A stretch of 63,968 nucleotides of DNA, filler included, from 9 parts of 9 records of this genome joined end to end with filler, not necessarily neighbours in it; one strand, 5' to 3'; positions 1 to 9,649 are shown, counted from the first letter of the whole stretch. A program made the numbers and translations. The notes: generated by a model from the letters alone, not told the origin.

Positions 1-904
1 CATTTACAGGAGATATCAAAACCGTCTTTTCTATTTTATCTTGTGCAGAGACAAGTTTTGACTCATATTTATTTATTTCTGTATTTAATTTTTGTAATTC
101 ATTAAAAACTTCTGCTTTAAAAGTTTTTATCTTCTCTTCTTTTCTATTTAAAAACTCTTGTACTGCATAGTTCAATCTTGGTATTGATAACTTTACACTT
201 AAGTATTCGCCTTCTAATTGGTTATACTCTTTTTTTATTTTTAATAATTCTACTTTTGATTTTGAACCTTTATCAACTAATCTCTTAATTGTATTCATCT
301 CTTCTTTTATTAATAGTAGTCTTTTTCTTAGTTGGTTTAATTGACTTCGTGATTCTACAAGCTCTTGCTTTTTTTGTTTATATTGATTATCTAAAATATT
401 TATAGTACTTTTTAATTCAGATACTCTTTTTTCAAAGAGAACCTCATCATTTACAGCAAAGCCATTTACTTTCTTTTTTAACTCTTCAGGGAAATCAAGT
501 TTGGGTATTTTTTTATTAATATCAATTTTTGATTCAGCTAATAATCTTATCTTTGTTACTAAAAGATGATTATAGATATTCTCACTTTCTTCTAAGCTTG
601 CTTGAAATCTAGTGGTATCTATTTTCATCAAAGCTTGCCCTCTTTTTATTGTATCACCTTCACTAACTAAAATATCAGAGATAATACCTCCGTCAAGACT
701 TTGGATAGTTTGTATTTTTTCTGAAGGTATTACCTTACCACTTCCCCTTGCTAGTTCATCTACCTCAGCAAAGAAAGCCCATGTAATAGCAGAGATAAAG
801 AATACAATAATTAAAAAGAATAGTAGAACCATTCTTTTTCCTACTTTTGCATTCTGTTGAGAATATAATGTATTAATAAAATTTACATCATCTTGATTTT
901 TCAT
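1..904 (-). CDS. HlyD/LapC-type T1SS membrane fusion protein (3'-truncated by window edge)
   Basis: Not in the ORF track. Manual translation from ATG 904 gives MKNQDDVNFINTLYSQQ...ITWAFFAEVDELARGSGKVIPSEKIQTIQSLDGGIISDILVSEGDTIKRGQALMKID, a typical HlyD N-terminus; it overlaps the ABC gene end. Confidence 0.92.
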   Translation of the reverse strand, partial: MKNQDDVNFINTLYSQQNAKVGKRMVLLFFLIIVFFISAITWAFFAEVDELARGSGKVIPSEKIQTIQSLDGGIISDILVSEGDTIKRGQALMKIDTTRFQASLEESENIYNHLLVTKIRLLAESKIDINKKIPKLDFPEELKKKVNGFAVNDEVLFEKRVSELKSTINILDNQYKQKKQELVESRSQLNQLRKRLLLIKEEMNTIKRLVDKGSKSKVELLKIKKEYNQLEGEYLSVKLSIPRLNYAVQEFLNRKEEKIKTFKAEVFNELQKLNTEINKYESKLVSAQDKIEKTVLISPVN

Positions 905-3089
905 CTTCTTTTAAAACTCTCTTTACTATTTTTTTTGAATTTCCAAAGGCAGATATTATTTGGGACTTTGGTCCATCTGCAATAACTTTTCCATCATCTA
1001 TAACAATTATTCTATCTACTAAAGATAACATTGAAGGTCTATGTGTTACAACTATTACTGTTTTATCTTCAATAATAGATGCTAATCTACTTTTAAAGTG
1101 TTCTTCACTTAAATCATCCATTGAATTAGTTGGTTCATCTAGTATCAAAATATTGGGATTAGAAACTATTGCTCTTGCTAAAGTTACTGCTTGTCTCTCT
1201 CCACCACTTAAACCATCACCTCTTTCTCCAACTATAAAGTCATATCCCGCTTGATGTTTACCTAAAAAGTCATGAACGCCTGCGATTTTTGAAGCCCTTA
1301 GTATTTGTTCATCACTTGCAAACTGATCTGAAATACTTATATTATCTTTTATTGTTCCCATAAATAAAAAAGGTTCTTGTGGAACATATCCTATATTTCT
1401 TCTTAAATCTACTGGGTCTATTTGCCTAATCTCTGTACTGTCAATTAAAATTGAGCCTTCTGAAGGTTCGTGCAGATTTAATAAAAGCTTGATAAGCGTT
1501 GACTTTCCTGAACCAATTTTTCCTATTATCCCTACTTTCTCACCTTTTTTTATCCGTATATTAATATCTCTTAATAATTGAAAGTTTTGTTTATAATAGG
1601 AAAAACTAACATTTTTAAATACTATGTCTCCATCAAGTGTTGGTCTACTTAAATAGTGTCCAGAAGAGTTTCTTTCAACTGGCATTTTCATTATCTCATC
1701 TATATTATTTAAAGATAGCATTGTTCTATCAAGTCTTATTATCATTCCAACTATTTGAGAAACTGGTGCAATAACTCTACTATTTAAAATCATTGCTGCA
1801 ATAATAGCCCCTAGTGTAATTCTTCCATCATTTGCTAAAAGAACTCCTCCTGCAACTATACCTATAGTTGATAGATGAGAAATAAATCCTACAAAATAGT
1901 TTACTACTTGAGATAAGTAGTGTGATTTGTTTCCATAATAAGATGTTTGAGATACTGAATTATTCCAGTGTGTTTGCATTCTATTTTGAGCTTTTACACT
2001 TTTTATAATCTCTAAACCTGTTACTGCTTCAGTTAAAACAGTTTGTTTAATCTGATCCTCTTTTGCTGCATTTAGAATAGTTTTCTTTAATGGTTTTTGC
2101 ATAATCCATGAAAAAAGAATGGCAACAAGCATAGTAACTAAAGACACATAACCTAAAGGACCACCTATATAAAAGATAATAGTTATAAATAAAACAACAA
2201 AAGGTAAATCTACAAATGCTGTAATTGTAGCAGTAGTAAAAAACTCTCTAACACTTTCAAAAGATTGTAATCTACTTACAAAAACTCCTGTTGAAGCAGG
2301 TTTAGCATTTAATTTTATATTTAGTAGCTGATTAAAAATAGCTGTTGACATTCTTATATCTGCACGTTTTCCTGCTTGTTCGATAAAATATGCACGCATT
2401 AGTTTTAATATAAAATCAAAAACAAGAACTAAAGCTATCCCAACTAATAGAACCATTAAGGTATCTACTGCTTTATTAGGAAGTACTCTATCATAGACAT
2501 TCATTGTAAATAAAGGAATAGCAAGGACAAAAGTGTTTATAAGAATAGCTGCTAATATCACTAGATAATAAATACCTAGGTTCTTCTTCATCGTATTCCA
2601 AAACCACTTTTTATTTTCTTCCACTAGAATATCTTCTTCTACTCTATTTTTAAAGTTGTATGCTGGTTTGATGATTAGCAAGTTTTTTGTATATTCACTT
2701 TTAAATTTATCTATGTCTACTCTTACTTCACCTAAACTAACATCTGGATAAATTAGACTTACTTTTTTTTCTTGCTCATCTATACTTAATATAATGCAAG
2801 CTTTATTTGTATTTAAAAGGGCAACCGCAGGAAGACTTAACTCAGAAATACTATCAAAATCTCGTATTGCTGATTTAACAATAAGCCCTATTCTTTTTGC
2901 TGATTCAATAAATAAATTAGGGGTCATTAATGACCCGTGAATTGCAAGACCAGAAACTAAAGATTCTCTTGATACTGCTCTTTTATGATATTTTGACAAA
3001 AACAGTAGGCACTCTACTAAAGTGTCTACCTTTCTATTTTCAAATAATTGTTCAAAGTCATAATTTAAGTTCTCTTCTTTAGTTTCCAA
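888..3089 (-). CDS. T1SS ABC transporter/permease with N-terminal C39-like domain (LapB/LssB type)
   Basis: PLFTMNVYDRV motif, Walker A GKIGSGKST, signature LSGGERQ, Walker B LILDEPT; TTG start. Confidence 0.95.
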   Translation of the reverse strand: METKEENLNYDFEQLFENRKVDTLVECLLFLSKYHKRAVSRESLVSGLAIHGSLMTPNLFIESAKRIGLIVKSAIRDFDSISELSLPAVALLNTNKACIILSIDEQEKKVSLIYPDVSLGEVRVDIDKFKSEYTKNLLIIKPAYNFKNRVEEDILVEENKKWFWNTMKKNLGIYYLVILAAILINTFVLAIPLFTMNVYDRVLPNKAVDTLMVLLVGIALVLVFDFILKLMRAYFIEQAGKRADIRMSTAIFNQLLNIKLNAKPASTGVFVSRLQSFESVREFFTTATITAFVDLPFVVLFITIIFYIGGPLGYVSLVTMLVAILFSWIMQKPLKKTILNAAKEDQIKQTVLTEAVTGLEIIKSVKAQNRMQTHWNNSVSQTSYYGNKSHYLSQVVNYFVGFISHLSTIGIVAGGVLLANDGRITLGAIIAAMILNSRVIAPVSQIVGMIIRLDRTMLSLNNIDEIMKMPVERNSSGHYLSRPTLDGDIVFKNVSFSYYKQNFQLLRDINIRIKKGEKVGIIGKIGSGKSTLIKLLLNLHEPSEGSILIDSTEIRQIDPVDLRRNIGYVPQEPFLFMGTIKDNISISDQFASDEQILRASKIAGVHDFLGKHQAGYDFIVGERGDGLSGGERQAVTLARAIVSNPNILILDEPTNSMDDLSEEHFKSRLASIIEDKTVIVVTHRPSMLSLVDRIIVIDDGKVIADGPKSQIISAFGNSKKIVKRVLKEDEKSR

Positions 3090-3101
3090 AGTTCATCCTA
3101 T

Positions 3102-4745
3102 CTATTTTGATACAGTTTTTCTGAAATATAAACCAGGAAATTTATTTGATAATCTATCTCTTAGTTTTACAATTTCATCTTTGTTATTTACATCATAAAC
3201 AATCACTGTATTAAATCCATTTGACTTAATAATTTTAGTTTTATACTCATCTCCAAGTTCAGAACTTGCCATTGCTAATTGACTATTAGCAGTTTGTTCA
3301 TTTTTAAATGATGCTAAAAATAATACATACTCATCATTTGATGATACTGTTTTTGTAGTAGTACCTTCATCTAATAAAGAAACTAACTCCTCATCAACAG
3401 ATGTATCTAAAGCTTTAACCTCTTTTTTCTCTACTTTTCTTTCACAGGTATTATTGTTTGCATATAAAACAGACTCTTTTAATTGAGACATACTATTAAA
3501 CATACTAAAATATGCTAAGTCTAAATCAAACTGCGCTGCTACTAAACTCTCTTTTGCACTATTTAAATCTCTTTCAATATTTAATACATCAATAAAAGTT
3601 CTTGTTCCACCTTCAAATTGATCTTTAAATATCGCTAGAACTTGTTCATTGTCTTTTATATATAGTTTTAACTCATCTATTTGTTTTTGAACTGAATTAA
3701 AAGTAGTGTATGCAGTTGTTGCTTCATCAATTACTTGTTTTGTTACAACATCTAACTCTTTTTGAACTTGTTCTAAAAATAGTCTTTCTCTTTGTTGTTT
3801 AGCTTTATCTATATTTCCATTATATAGATTATATTTTAATTCGATTCTCGCTGTATATAATTGAGTTCGTTCTTTATCTTCAATATTATCTCTATCATAA
3901 AGCCCTTGTGCTTTAAATTTTATTGTAGGATAAAAAGATGCATCTCTTTGACTTACTACAGCTCTTTGTTCCTTAATATTTACAACTTGTTCTAAAATCA
4001 AATTATTCTTTACAATAACTTGGTCAACATACTCTTTTAAAGTTTTAGGAACTAGGGAATAATCAATATAAGGTCGACAAACATCACCTTCTGGTTTAAC
4101 ACCTACAAATCTCTCATAAGAGCTTGAAGCAATTTTATAATTATTTGTTTGCTCATGCCATTTACTTTTTGTAAAGTGAATTTTTGCATTTACTTGTGAT
4201 TTTTGTAAAACTTCTCCACTAATTTCAGCAGTATCTTTTGCAGTTTTTAAATACTCTTCATAAATAAGCAAACTATCATTTGTCACATCTAAAGTATTTT
4301 GATATTTCACCATATTTAAATAAGCACTAATACTATCAAAGATTACGTTATCTACAATATTCTCATTTGCATAAGTATTGGATTTATCACGGAACCTTGC
4401 TTCATCCATTTCTGAAGTAGTTAAACCACCATCATAAAGTAGTTGCTCAAAATCTAGTTGAATATTCGGACCACCTGAGATATTTGAAGTTTTGTCTCCA
4501 TCATCGGGATTGATTTTTGTTTTTTTTGTTTGAATATATGTTGTTAAGTCTAATTTAGGATACCAACCACCTTTGGCTTCATCTAAATAGTACTTAAAAG
4601 CTTTGTTATTCTGTATAACAGAAAGGACTTTTGGATTTGTAGACATAGTAGTCTCGACGGTTTCTTTTAGTGTTACAGCATTCAAGCTTGCTGAGCCTAA
4701 TAGCATTACAAGAGGAATGCTAAGTTTTATTGCTAAATTTTTCAT
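3102..4745 (-). CDS. TolC/LapE-family outer membrane protein with C-terminal SPOR-like domain
   Basis: Signal peptide; TLKETVETTMSTNP, QLLYDGG, YNLYNG and QFEGGTRTFIDVLN motifs; C-terminal YVLFLASFKNEQTANSQ... extension. Confidence 0.9.
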   Translation of the reverse strand: MKNLAIKLSIPLVMLLGSASLNAVTLKETVETTMSTNPKVLSVIQNNKAFKYYLDEAKGGWYPKLDLTTYIQTKKTKINPDDGDKTSNISGGPNIQLDFEQLLYDGGLTTSEMDEARFRDKSNTYANENIVDNVIFDSISAYLNMVKYQNTLDVTNDSLLIYEEYLKTAKDTAEISGEVLQKSQVNAKIHFTKSKWHEQTNNYKIASSSYERFVGVKPEGDVCRPYIDYSLVPKTLKEYVDQVIVKNNLILEQVVNIKEQRAVVSQRDASFYPTIKFKAQGLYDRDNIEDKERTQLYTARIELKYNLYNGNIDKAKQQRERLFLEQVQKELDVVTKQVIDEATTAYTTFNSVQKQIDELKLYIKDNEQVLAIFKDQFEGGTRTFIDVLNIERDLNSAKESLVAAQFDLDLAYFSMFNSMSQLKESVLYANNNTCERKVEKKEVKALDTSVDEELVSLLDEGTTTKTVSSNDEYVLFLASFKNEQTANSQLAMASSELGDEYKTKIIKSNGFNTVIVYDVNNKDEIVKLRDRLSNKFPGLYFRKTVSK

Positions 4746-4829
4746 GATTTATCCTTTAAATTACAAATATCTCTCCTAAACCTTTAAGTTTTGTAAACTT
4801 TTTTATTACAATCAATGTAACACACATTC

Positions 4830-4853
4830 CTTTAAGATAACTTAAAGTATAAT
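4830..4853. promoter_or_regulatory. Palindrome CTTTAAG-N4-CTTAAAG abutting a TATAAT -10 box in the divergent tolC/regulator intergenic region
   Basis: Palindrome at 4830-4847 and TATAAT at 4848-4853 seen directly; function inferred. Confidence 0.45.
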
Positions 4854-4888
4854 TTTTAAGTGACATAATTTATTATAAATGAGCGATT

Positions 4889-5578
4889 ATGAATTACAAC
4901 TTGAAAGATATTTTAAAAAACTTGAAAATTGTTGTCGTAAGCAAAGAAGATAATATAGACAAGAAAGAGATTGATATTTTGAATCTTTTCTTTAAAGATA
5001 TTATTATAATAAATAGTGCAGAAAGAGCCCTTAAAAGATTTGTTTCATTAAGACCAGATGTTATTATCTGTGATATTGAACTTCCTCAAATGAATGGAAT
5101 TGAATTCTGTAAAATAATTAAAAAAATCAATAATAAGATTCCTATTATAATCTCATCTAAAAAAAGTAAGAAAAAATACCTTTATGAGATGATTAGACTC
5201 CAAATAGTAGATTTCATTAAAAAACCAATTAAAGCTGAAGAGTTTATTTTCACATTAAATGAAACAGCTAAATATATATTAAATGGGGGAGATATATCTA
5301 TTAAACTTAGTAATGGATATATTTATAGTTATAAAAGTAAAACAATTAAAAAAGATGATTCAAAAGAGATAAAACTTACAAAAAATGAATACCGCTTACT
5401 TGAATTATTATTAGGTAATAAAGAAAAAACACTTACAACAGAAGAGATATTTCAACATTTATGGGCAGATGAAGATATTACTTGTTCTGCATTTAAATCC
5501 TTAGTTTCTCGACTAAGAAATAAAATAGGTAAAGACTCCATAAAAAATAAGTTTGGTATTGGGTACCAACTAGACTAA
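4889..5578 (+). CDS. OmpR/PhoB-family response regulator (orphan)
   Basis: Receiver PDVIICDIELPQMNG...KP and wHTH LTKNEYRLLELL...LVSRLRNKIG...GIGYQL. Confidence 0.9.
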   Translation: MNYNLKDILKNLKIVVVSKEDNIDKKEIDILNLFFKDIIIINSAERALKRFVSLRPDVIICDIELPQMNGIEFCKIIKKINNKIPIIISSKKSKKKYLYEMIRLQIVDFIKKPIKAEEFIFTLNETAKYILNGGDISIKLSNGYIYSYKSKTIKKDDSKEIKLTKNEYRLLELLLGNKEKTLTTEEIFQHLWADEDITCSAFKSLVSRLRNKIGKDSIKNKFGIGYQLD

Positions 5579-5893
5579 AGATTCAACCTTAGTTTCATCT
5601 ACTAATATTTTAAGTTCACTGTCTATTGTAGATATATATGTTGCAAAGTTTTCATCATTATTTGAGGATACTTGTTTCCACTCCCCTTTTTCTAAAGAAG
5701 AATTACTCTTTGCTAAATCTAAGTTTAGGATATCATTATCTTGTGTATAGATTTTTAAAGTTTTATTATTATCAGCTAAAATTAATGCCTGAGCAGTATC
5801 TATTCCAGATAAAATATGCTCTGTTTTATAAAGACTAGTATCATTTTGTACTATTGCATTTTTAAGAATTTCTGCAATATTAATATCTTCCAT
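5570..5893 (-). CDS. Small protein homologous to the C-terminal (secretion-signal) domain of the upstream adhesin
   Basis: 16 of 35 identities, ungapped, with the adhesin C-terminus (HILS.I.....L...D...TLKI.....D..NLDL); RBS AAGGA/AGGT. Confidence 0.75.
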   Translation of the reverse strand: MEDINIAEILKNAIVQNDTSLYKTEHILSGIDTAQALILADNNKTLKIYTQDNDILNLDLAKSNSSLEKGEWKQVSSNNDENFATYISTIDSELKILVDETKVESLV

Positions 5894-5915
5894 ACCTAAT
5901 CCTTAATTTTTTAAT

Positions 5916-5924
5916 ATTATAACA
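5916..5924 (-). promoter_or_regulatory. Extended -10 promoter TGTTATAAT for the small ORF
   Basis: TGnTATAAT about 22 nt upstream of ATG 5893 and downstream of the adhesin terminator. Confidence 0.55.
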
Positions 5925-5935
5925 ATAATAAATAT

Positions 5936-5969
5936 AAAAAAAGCCTAACCAAAAAGGTCAGGCTTTTTT
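5936..5969 (-). terminator. Intrinsic terminator after the adhesin (bidirectional form)
   Basis: AAAAAAAGCCTAACC-AAAAA-GGTCAGGCTTTTTT. Confidence 0.8.
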
Positions 5970-5978
5970 ATTGTTCAG

Positions 5979-7484
5979 TTATATAACATTTACATCATTT
6001 TCAATTAATAAAGTTACGACATCTGAACCATTTGTTGAAACATAAGCTGTTTCACTCGCTGTACTTTGAGTTGAGTCTACATACCACTTTTCATTTATAG
6101 GAGTTCCATTATCATAGTCAGTTTGATTTCCTAAATCTAAATTTATACTATCACCATTATCTCCAACTATTTTTAATGTATTATCTTCATCTGTAATAGC
6201 AAGAATATCTTCTACATTAATATTTGAAAGTATGTGATCTCCACTATTCATATTGATTAAATCTAAAGAAGTAGGAACTGCATTAGAAGTTAAATCATTT
6301 GAAGCATCATCTAATAATCTAACAAAATCAATGTGATCACCATCAGTATCAACTTCGGCTAATGTTAATACTTGATCACTTGTATTAGGATAAGTAAGCG
6401 TATAAGAGGTAAAACTTATACCATTGTTATCACTTGCTATTGCTATTGAATCAATTGTTTGAGTTGATCCAGTATTATTTGTATAATCAAAACTAATAAA
6501 TAAATCTGAATCATCAGAAGCTCCTGTATGTGGAGCTGATTCATAGATTATATTTTGAGTATCATTTGAGTCAAATATTATTCCAATAACGGGATTGTTT
6601 ACTCCAGGGTCAGCATACTCTACAATAAAAGTATAAGTTTCCCCTGCTTCAATTGTTAATGGACTTATTAACGTTGTTGATTCAATATGTTGATAATCAT
6701 CATGTTTAATAACATCACTGCTTACATCAAAATTACTATCAGTTTCAATAACTGTACCACCACCAGTAACTTCTTCATCTATATCAAGGATATTAACAGT
6801 ATAGCTTTGAACATCTGTTAGCTCACCATCAGAAACTTGTATATCTAAAGTATATTCAGTAGTAGTTTCATAATCTAATTTATTTGATTCGTTACCTATG
6901 TAAGTTATATTACCACTATTATCAATAGCAAATTTATCTGTGTTGTTTAATAATGTGAATGTAAGAGAATCTCCATCTACATCTGTTGCATCAACTGTAC
7001 CTACATATGCACCAACAGCTGAGTCTTCAACTATATCAAAAGTATCAGCTTGTAACTCTGGTGGTTCATTATCACTTGTACCAGTAATTGTAATGGTAAC
7101 TGTCTCTGTATCAAAAGCTCCATGATCATCTACTGCTTTAACAGTATATTCAAGGATTAAAGTCTCACCCTCTTCTAAATAATCAAAGGCTTCATTTCCA
7201 GAATCAAAACTCCAAGATAAAGTATCCGTTGTTTCTGTATTATCTAAAATTGCAAGAGGAGAAAGAGATAACATCCCTATTACATCTTGGTTAGTTGGTT
7301 TAGACGTAGCTGTACCTCCTATTGAAACAGAATCAACAGAAGCCGAAACTAAATCTAAAATATCTACATCTGATACAGTAAGTTCTCCATCTGCAGTTAA
7401 TCCTAAATCTGTCTCTAATAAATCTGAAGTGTCAGGACCACCTGTAATAATTGGAGCATCATTTGTTCCTGTGATTGTCACTGT
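5979..7484 (-). CDS. C-terminal part of a large T1SS-secreted adhesin with VCBS repeat and cadherin domain (5'-truncated)
   Basis: VTITGTNDAP/VTITITGTSDNEPP repeats, FDYLEEGETL, cadherin motifs ATDVDGDSLTF and LDYET; Asp/Thr-rich; adjacent T1SS. Confidence 0.88.
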   Translation of the reverse strand, partial: TVTITGTNDAPIITGGPDTSDLLETDLGLTADGELTVSDVDILDLVSASVDSVSIGGTATSKPTNQDVIGMLSLSPLAILDNTETTDTLSWSFDSGNEAFDYLEEGETLILEYTVKAVDDHGAFDTETVTITITGTSDNEPPELQADTFDIVEDSAVGAYVGTVDATDVDGDSLTFTLLNNTDKFAIDNSGNITYIGNESNKLDYETTTEYTLDIQVSDGELTDVQSYTVNILDIDEEVTGGGTVIETDSNFDVSSDVIKHDDYQHIESTTLISPLTIEAGETYTFIVEYADPGVNNPVIGIIFDSNDTQNIIYESAPHTGASDDSDLFISFDYTNNTGSTQTIDSIAIASDNNGISFTSYTLTYPNTSDQVLTLAEVDTDGDHIDFVRLLDDASNDLTSNAVPTSLDLINMNSGDHILSNINVEDILAITDEDNTLKIVGDNGDSINLDLGNQTDYDNGTPINEKWYVDSTQSTASETAYVSTNGSDVVTLLIENDVNVI

Positions 7485-7486
7485 TA

Positions 7487-7586
7487 NNNNNNNNNNNNNN
7501 NNNNNNNNNNNNNNNNNNNNNNNNNNNNNNTTAATTAATTAANNNNNNNNNNNNNNNNNNNNNNNNNNNNNNNNNNNNNNNNNNNN
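7487..7586. other. Artificial contig spacer
   Basis: N-run + TTAATTAATTAA + N-run, 100 nt. Confidence 0.99.
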
Positions 7587-7588
7587 AC

Positions 7589-8317
7589 AATGGTTTCATT
7601 TTTCCCTCTTATGTGGAAGATGTCATGGGGCCGTTGCTGTTCGATTATGGATACGGACCGTTTCGATGGGTGTGTCTCAGCGGCAAACCGGGAGATTTGA
7701 AGAGAACAGATCGGGCCGCGATGGCCTGCATCGATCCCCATCGTCGTTTCCAGGACCGGGACAACTTCAATTGGATCCGTGACGCCCAGAAGAACAAGCT
7801 GGTTGTCGGCACCCAGGCACGCATTCTCTACCAGGACGCCGAGGGAAGGATGAAGATTGCCCTTGCTTTCAACAAAATGGTACGTCAAGGTGACATCGGT
7901 CCGGTGATGCTGGGCCGCGACCATCACGACACCGGCGGCACCGATTCCCCTTTTCGGGAAACGGCCAACATCAAGGACGGCAGCAATATCATGGCAGATA
8001 TGGCCGTACACTGCTTCGCCGGAAACGCTGCCAGGGGAATGAGCCTGGCAGCCCTGCACAATGGCGGTGGGGTCGGCGTCGGCAATGCGGTCAACGGAGG
8101 ATTCGGCCTGGTCTTGGATGGCAGCCGACGTGTGGATAAAATTATCCGCAACGCCATCTCCTGGGATGTGATGGTGGGGGTCGCCAGACGCGCCTGGGCG
8201 AGAAATCCCAATGCGGTGGAAACAGCGGATTCCTTCAATCGAAAAAACAAAACACGTGAACATGTCACGCTGCCCTATCCGGTCGATGAGGCGCTGATTG
8301 AAAAAGTTTGCCGGTGA
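7589..8317 (+). CDS. hutU: Urocanate hydratase, C-terminal part (long type; 5'-truncated)
   Basis: FPSYVEDVMGP, GYGPFRW, VVGTQARI, LGRDHHDTGGTDSPFRET, LHNGGGVG. Confidence 0.95.
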   Translation, partial: NGFIFPSYVEDVMGPLLFDYGYGPFRWVCLSGKPGDLKRTDRAAMACIDPHRRFQDRDNFNWIRDAQKNKLVVGTQARILYQDAEGRMKIALAFNKMVRQGDIGPVMLGRDHHDTGGTDSPFRETANIKDGSNIMADMAVHCFAGNAARGMSLAALHNGGGVGVGNAVNGGFGLVLDGSRRVDKIIRNAISWDVMVGVARRAWARNPNAVETADSFNRKNKTREHVTLPYPVDEALIEKVCR

Positions 8318-8371
8318 ATCCTATTTCTACCCGTGAGATCTAAACAACGAACCACAAACGACAAACAAGCC

Positions 8372-9625
8372 ATGTCAAACCTGATTCTAAAAAATGCCTC
8401 CCAACTCGTCACCAGCAGCGGGTTTTCCGCCAAACAGGGACAAGCCATGAGCGACCTGAAAATCATTGCAGATGGTGCGCTGGTCATCGAGAACGGGAAC
8501 ATTGCAAAGGTGGGGCGCACGAAAGAGGTTTTGAAAGGGCTCAACCTTTCACGCTACAGGGTCATCGATGCATCGGGAAAGGCTGTATTGCCAGGATTCG
8601 TGGATTCCCACACCCATTTCCCCTTTGCTGGGTATCGGCCCGAGGAATACAGCTGGCGCTTAAAAGGAACCCCATACATGGAGATCATGGAAAAAGGCGG
8701 GGGAATCTTCAATACCATGGCCGCCACCCGAAGAGCAGAACACCGGGAACTGCTGGAATCGGGGCGCAGGCGTTTGGATGCCATGCTGGCCATGGGGGTA
8801 ACCACCGTGGAAGGAAAAAGCGGGTACGGGCTGGACCTGGAAAACGAAATTAAACAGTTGGAGGTGATGGCCAGGTTGAACGCCGAACACCCCGTGGATA
8901 TCGTCTCCACGTTTTTAGGGGCCCATGCGGTGCCGCCGGAGTTCAACGGACGGGCCGGCGATTTTGTCGATTTCATGATCTCTATCGTACTGCCTGTCGT
9001 GGCCAAAAAAGGTCTGGCTCGTTGTTGCGACGTTTTTTGCGAAAAGGGCGTCTTTTCCGTTGAGCAGTCCCGCCGATTGCTGATGGCAGCGCAGGAAAAA
9101 GGGCTTGCGGCCAAGATCCACGCCGACGAAATCGTTTCCCTGGGCGGCGCGGAACTGGCTGCCGAATTGGGGGCGGTTTCCGCAGATCATCTGCTTCAGG
9201 CTTCGGATGAGGGGATAGACGCCATGGCAAGGGCCGGCGTCGTGGCTACCCTGCTTCCCGGTACCGCGTTCAGTTTGAAGGAACCCTACGCCAGGGGGCG
9301 TGAGATGATCGACCGGGGCTGTGCCGTAGCCCTGGCCACCGATTTCAATCCGGGAAGCTGTTTCACCTTCTCCATCCCCTTGATTGCGGCTCTGGCCGCG
9401 CTTCACATGAAACTGACCCCGGAGGAAATCGTTACCGCCCTGACCCTCAATGGCGCTGCCGCCGTGGGGCAGGCGCATAAAATCGGGAGTTTGGACGTGG
9501 GAAAGGCCGGGGACGTTGTCGTTTTGTCCTATCCTTCCTACCTGTTCATTCCCTACCATCTTGGCGTCAATATTGTGGAGACCGTTGTCAAGGGAGGCCA
9601 GGTGGTGGCCGGATCAGAAAAGTAA
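8372..9625 (+). CDS. hutI: Imidazolonepropionase
   Basis: PGFVDSHTH, EGKSGYGL, FLGAHA, DVFCEKG, HADE, ATDFNPG; ATG 8372 preferred to GTG 8333. Confidence 0.96.
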   Translation: MSNLILKNASQLVTSSGFSAKQGQAMSDLKIIADGALVIENGNIAKVGRTKEVLKGLNLSRYRVIDASGKAVLPGFVDSHTHFPFAGYRPEEYSWRLKGTPYMEIMEKGGGIFNTMAATRRAEHRELLESGRRRLDAMLAMGVTTVEGKSGYGLDLENEIKQLEVMARLNAEHPVDIVSTFLGAHAVPPEFNGRAGDFVDFMISIVLPVVAKKGLARCCDVFCEKGVFSVEQSRRLLMAAQEKGLAAKIHADEIVSLGGAELAAELGAVSADHLLQASDEGIDAMARAGVVATLLPGTAFSLKEPYARGREMIDRGCAVALATDFNPGSCFTFSIPLIAALAALHMKLTPEEIVTALTLNGAAAVGQAHKIGSLDVGKAGDVVVLSYPSYLFIPYHLGVNIVETVVKGGQVVAGSEK

Positions 9626-9649
9626 AGAAATGACGAGGGAAGAATAAAA

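Noticed and set aside
612-860. 82-aa plus-strand ORF
   Set aside because: Antisense to the HlyD gene, which the track missed because it runs off the window edge.
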